Shown here: piece after piece, positions 60,604 through 64,000 of the stretch
Layout of the letters: each line of letters starts with the position of its first letter
Numbering within the stretch: the stretch's first letter is position 1
Assembly: GCF_002105155.1 (NCBI RefSeq)
Contig: NW_019029010.1
Location: forward strand, 124,001-188,000
DNA: 64,000 nt
Direction of reading: 5' to 3'
From: Lobosporangium transversale
Taxonomy: Eukaryota
Position numbers and translations under genes: made by a program
The notes under the pieces: generated by a model
Databases searched by the model: none
The model's input: the letters and a program-made list of their open reading frames with translations, nothing else
Told to the model about the DNA's origin: nothing

Positions 60604-62638
60604 TTAACCGTCCTTACCTTCGGGCCATGGCATCAGCTCAAGTAGCGCCTCCAATTCTCCCATCTCGCGATCCAGGGCTGAATTGTGTTTTGCAAATTTT
60701 GAACAGCCAAAGTCTATAAAAAAGAACCGCGAATCCTGCCCATCAAGTCTTGCTGTAATGTTATCTGGTCGAATATCACCGTGCAGGACACCCAAATCGT
60801 GGATCGCTGAGAGTGCTCCGCGGATCTTGTCTCGATCAGATGCATCCAAATGCTTATTGCAGAGGTCGCTCCCAGTGAACTCTGTTACTAAAACCATCTC
60901 CATTCCGTCCATGATCCCAGCTAGCTTCAGTTCGGGAACGAAGTGACCTTGTAGCATCTGAAGCTCCTCGTAAATCGTGGCCTCGTGCTCCAGCTCATCG
61001 ACAATTGGGGACTGCTTCCAGATGTCGGCTTTTTTCACCACTACATCCTCGCCCATCCATGTAGCTCGGAACGTACGCGCACCCTCGCCAAATGTAATAA
61101 GTCTCATATCCTTGAAAGCTGGAACAGTGCGTCTCTCCAATTGCATAGATCCTGTTGCCTGCTTCTTGGTCCTAGATTGCAATCAAAAACTGGATGATCA
61201 GCCACCTATGGTGAGAGAATCTCGATCAAAACACATTTGAGTATTAGCCTCTTACTTGCTTCGCGTCAAATAGGCTCTGAATCCTTGCTTCCATTTTCCA
61301 CCACCACCACGTTCTGGAACAAAGTCACTGTCACGTTTTGTAGCCTTATCCTCAGGTTGCTCCTTCGAGAGCATGTATTCAACTGAGGTCTCATCGGGTA
61401 TGTCTGGCTGCCATTCAGTATCACTATCCACCGTCCGAATCAGCCACAGGTAACACTGCAGTAGAGTCGGGTTTGTCCTGTCAAAGTGGATTGTGGGCGA
61501 GATTAGGATGCCGTCGCCATGTGCCGAGTCTCGTTTGATAAACCATGTTTGAGTATAGGTTGACAGAACTCCATAGCGAAATCCATTAAGTCTAATGTAG
61601 CCGAAAATCTGCTTTAGCGGACCGACTGGGCCCTGTGACGATGATCCTTGTGCTAGGTAGGCAACGGAGTAGCTGGTGTCGTCATTCAGATGCAGCTTAA
61701 CAGGTCTTTTCATTTCAATTGGAAACAGTGCCAACCGGTTATCCTCGCGCGAGCAAACCAGGTCTGGAGTGCCGTACGTCAATCTAAAAGAGCCGCGCGT
61801 GTCTGTAAATGGCGGCAGGCCTCGGACCGATCCAACGTCATAGCGAAAGATCCCTTGTAAATCCGACTCGGTTGTGAAGGTCCTGACTAACGAAAAACTA
61901 GGACGTGTGTACTGAGGCTCGGTTGCCAGAGGCATACGGCGTACCAAAGGTAAAAAGTCATTCCAATCTCGCACAGACGCGGGAGTTATCGAGTAAACAC
62001 GACGTGTGCTGGTCTTGGTCTTGGATCGAAGCGTTTGATCTGTGCCAGTGATATTGCTTAGAACATGCTGCACGAATTCGGCCTCTGATAGACGGTCTGC
62101 GAAGCAAGATGCCGGGAGAGAAAAATATTGGTTAGCAGCCATCATTCTAGAGATAAATCAGCAATCAATCAGCATGACGCGTTTCATTACTTGTGACTAG
62201 GAACGGAATGGAGGGAAAATAAGTTAGTGGAGAAAATAAGCTCAAAATGGAAGCAGCAATCAAAAAGACGCAATTGCAGACTATGATGTCATACACAAAA
62301 GTTTGAGAACAAATAGCTAATCCCTTACCTTCCAATGGCCGCTGAATAATGACGTTGATAGTCTCCTCAGGCAGAGGCGATATGCCGAATATCTTTGAGA
62401 TCTTGCTTGTTGCTCTGGTGAGTAGCTCCTTTGATTCAATATTGGCGAGATTGATTGTAGCGCCCTCATCAGGAACAGAGACGTGGAAGAGAATCAATTT
62501 GTCAGCTGCAATGTCGTTGAATTCAGGTTCTTTTTCCTTCTTGATTGCTTTTTTGAGGTCGCCGATAGTGTCTTCTACTGAGACCTCAACAGGGAATGCC
62601 GTGGATTGTCCATCAAGAAGGCAAAATAGTTTTGTCAT
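60604..62638 (-). CDS. Crinkler (CRN)-family protein: ubiquitin-like N-terminal domain, REase-like domain, protein-kinase-like domain; exons 62638-62329, 62096-61256, 61171-60604; 572 aa
   Basis: LFCLLDG..AFPV...TIGDLKKAIK...ADKLILFHV...INVIIQRP header; TPDLV...PIEMK...KQIFGY...YGVLSTY; VVVK, HGDIRPDN, IDFG; GT-AG introns give 1719 nt in frame. Confidence 0.88.
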
Positions 62639-62865
62639 GATCGAATGATGATGAAATGCGAGAGGGAATCGGGAGAGGTAAATAGCAAATGAAAGTAGAG
62701 AAATGAAGGAAGGTAGAGAAAGGAATGAAAGTAGAGAATGAAAATGAATGAAGGTTGAGAAATTAATGAAAGTACAAGGAATGAAAGTGCGACGTTTAAA
62801 TTTGTTTTTATGTCAAACTGTGACTGCGATCTTTATTAAGTTGTGCACGAATTGACTGTAAGGAT

Positions 62866-63249
62866 TCAATAGCTTTTTTTAGCTTCCTCAATGGCCTTGT
62901 CGATATCTGCACGCATCTTGTCCAAATCAATTTCGGATTGAGTGTCATTGCACTGCTTGACGATTTCAGTACAGGCCGGTTGTTCGGTTTTTGTCCGTAT
63001 GAACCCGGTAGCATGAGCTTTAAGACTATCGGAAACAGTAAAAGTTTTCCCACAATAACAAACATATCTATTGTCATGGCTTTCTTGGCGGTCGAAGCGG
63101 AATGTTTTTTTCATGAACCCGAAAACACAAGACGTTTCTTTGTGGTATTTTCTGACATGTTCCTTCTCGTTATGCGACAAAGTTCGATCTGGGCTCAGAT
63201 AGCCCTTACTGCAATAGTCGAAAGAACATTTAGGCATTTTGGATTCCAT
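62866..63249 (-). CDS. Small protein with C2H2-like zinc fingers (127 aa)
   Basis: CSFDYC...HVRKYH and YVCYCGKTFTVSDSLKAH motifs; ATG after a pyrimidine-rich leader. Confidence 0.6.
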   Translation of the reverse strand: MESKMPKCSFDYCSKGYLSPDRTLSHNEKEHVRKYHKETSCVFGFMKKTFRFDRQESHDNRYVCYCGKTFTVSDSLKAHATGFIRTKTEQPACTEIVKQCNDTQSEIDLDKMRADIDKAIEEAKKSY

Positions 63250-63544
63250 TTTGTCGAGGGAGAGAAGGAAGGAAAGGCAAAAAGAAAGAATGAAAAGAAG
63301 AGTCGGCAGCGAAAAAAATCTCAGGGCTCTTTCACTAAAATATCAAAATGACGCACATGCAACTGGTAAAGATAACAATCATCGGCAAATAAAGGTAAAC
63401 AAATGGAGAAGAGGAAAGGAGAATGGAGTAGATTGTGCATGTGCTCAGAATAAAATACAGATCATCAATGATATACTTTTTTTTTTTAATAAAAAGTCAT
63501 CAAATTACACTTTCAGCTCTCATTCTTTCAATCCTCATTCTTCC

Positions 63545-63946
63545 ATGGATTCCTTGAAGTACGTTAAAACCAATTCTTCCCAAAAAAATGCACATCCCAA
63601 GAATAAGGTGTTCACTCTTTTTTGCGTACTTGATGGTGAACCACTTTCTGCCGTTATTGACGTTTGGGCGCCCTCCCGCACCAGCGTTTCCCAACTCAAA
63701 AGCCTAATAAGGACAACTGCGAAAATAAAGTCAAGGTCTATCGCATGGGCTGATGACCTTGACACCATCGACGACAGCAAGATGGATCTTTGGAAAGTTA
63801 ACATGTCTTGCGGTGAAGATGATTTGCCTGTTCGGCTCACCGACATTGTATCAAAGTCTAAATTGAATCCTTGCGACAAGCTCTCCAACATCTTCGAAAA
63901 GAGACCTGCATCTGGCTTCATACATAATCATTCAAATTAAAAGGAG
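63545..63946 (+). pseudogene. Second Crinkler N-terminal (Ubl) exon, frameshifted at its end; may continue beyond the window
   Basis: FTLFCVLDGE...VSQLKSLI...MDLWKV...FIH, then a shift to IIQIKR followed by a GTAAGT donor at 63947. Confidence 0.65.
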
Positions 63947-64000
63947 TAAGTTCACCCATCCCCATTCTAACCGCTTCAGACCATGGTCAATTGAATTAAT

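Overview
Eukaryotic, intron-containing fungal DNA with long poly(A)/poly(T) tracts; the gene families point to Mortierellaceae (Mucoromycota), which is an inference. Housekeeping genes: phosducin-like, NCA2, mitoribosomal mS37 and uL4m, an MFS transporter, a Ppn2/ApaH-like phosphoesterase and an amino-acid permease. Accessory content: two convergent paralogous ~2075-aa NLR-like genes (helical/Arm-like N-terminus, NACHT, pentapeptide repeats, WD40), tandem small Cys-rich secreted proteins, an F-box/LRR gene, a Vgb-like secreted propeller and two related MITE-like elements. From ~49 kb the sequence is repeat-rich: a full-length DIRS1-type tyrosine-recombinase retrotransposon, a deleted LSU rDNA fragment, and Crinkler (CRN) genes, one encoding Ubl, REase-like and kinase domains. 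Most striking is the DIRS coding layout. Restoring one missing base repairs pol and also reveals a ~1246-aa recombinase ORF overlapping almost all of gag and all of pol. The ATG-less pol frame opens just before a U-UUU-UUU slippery site in gag. All splice sites and domain calls were made by eye.
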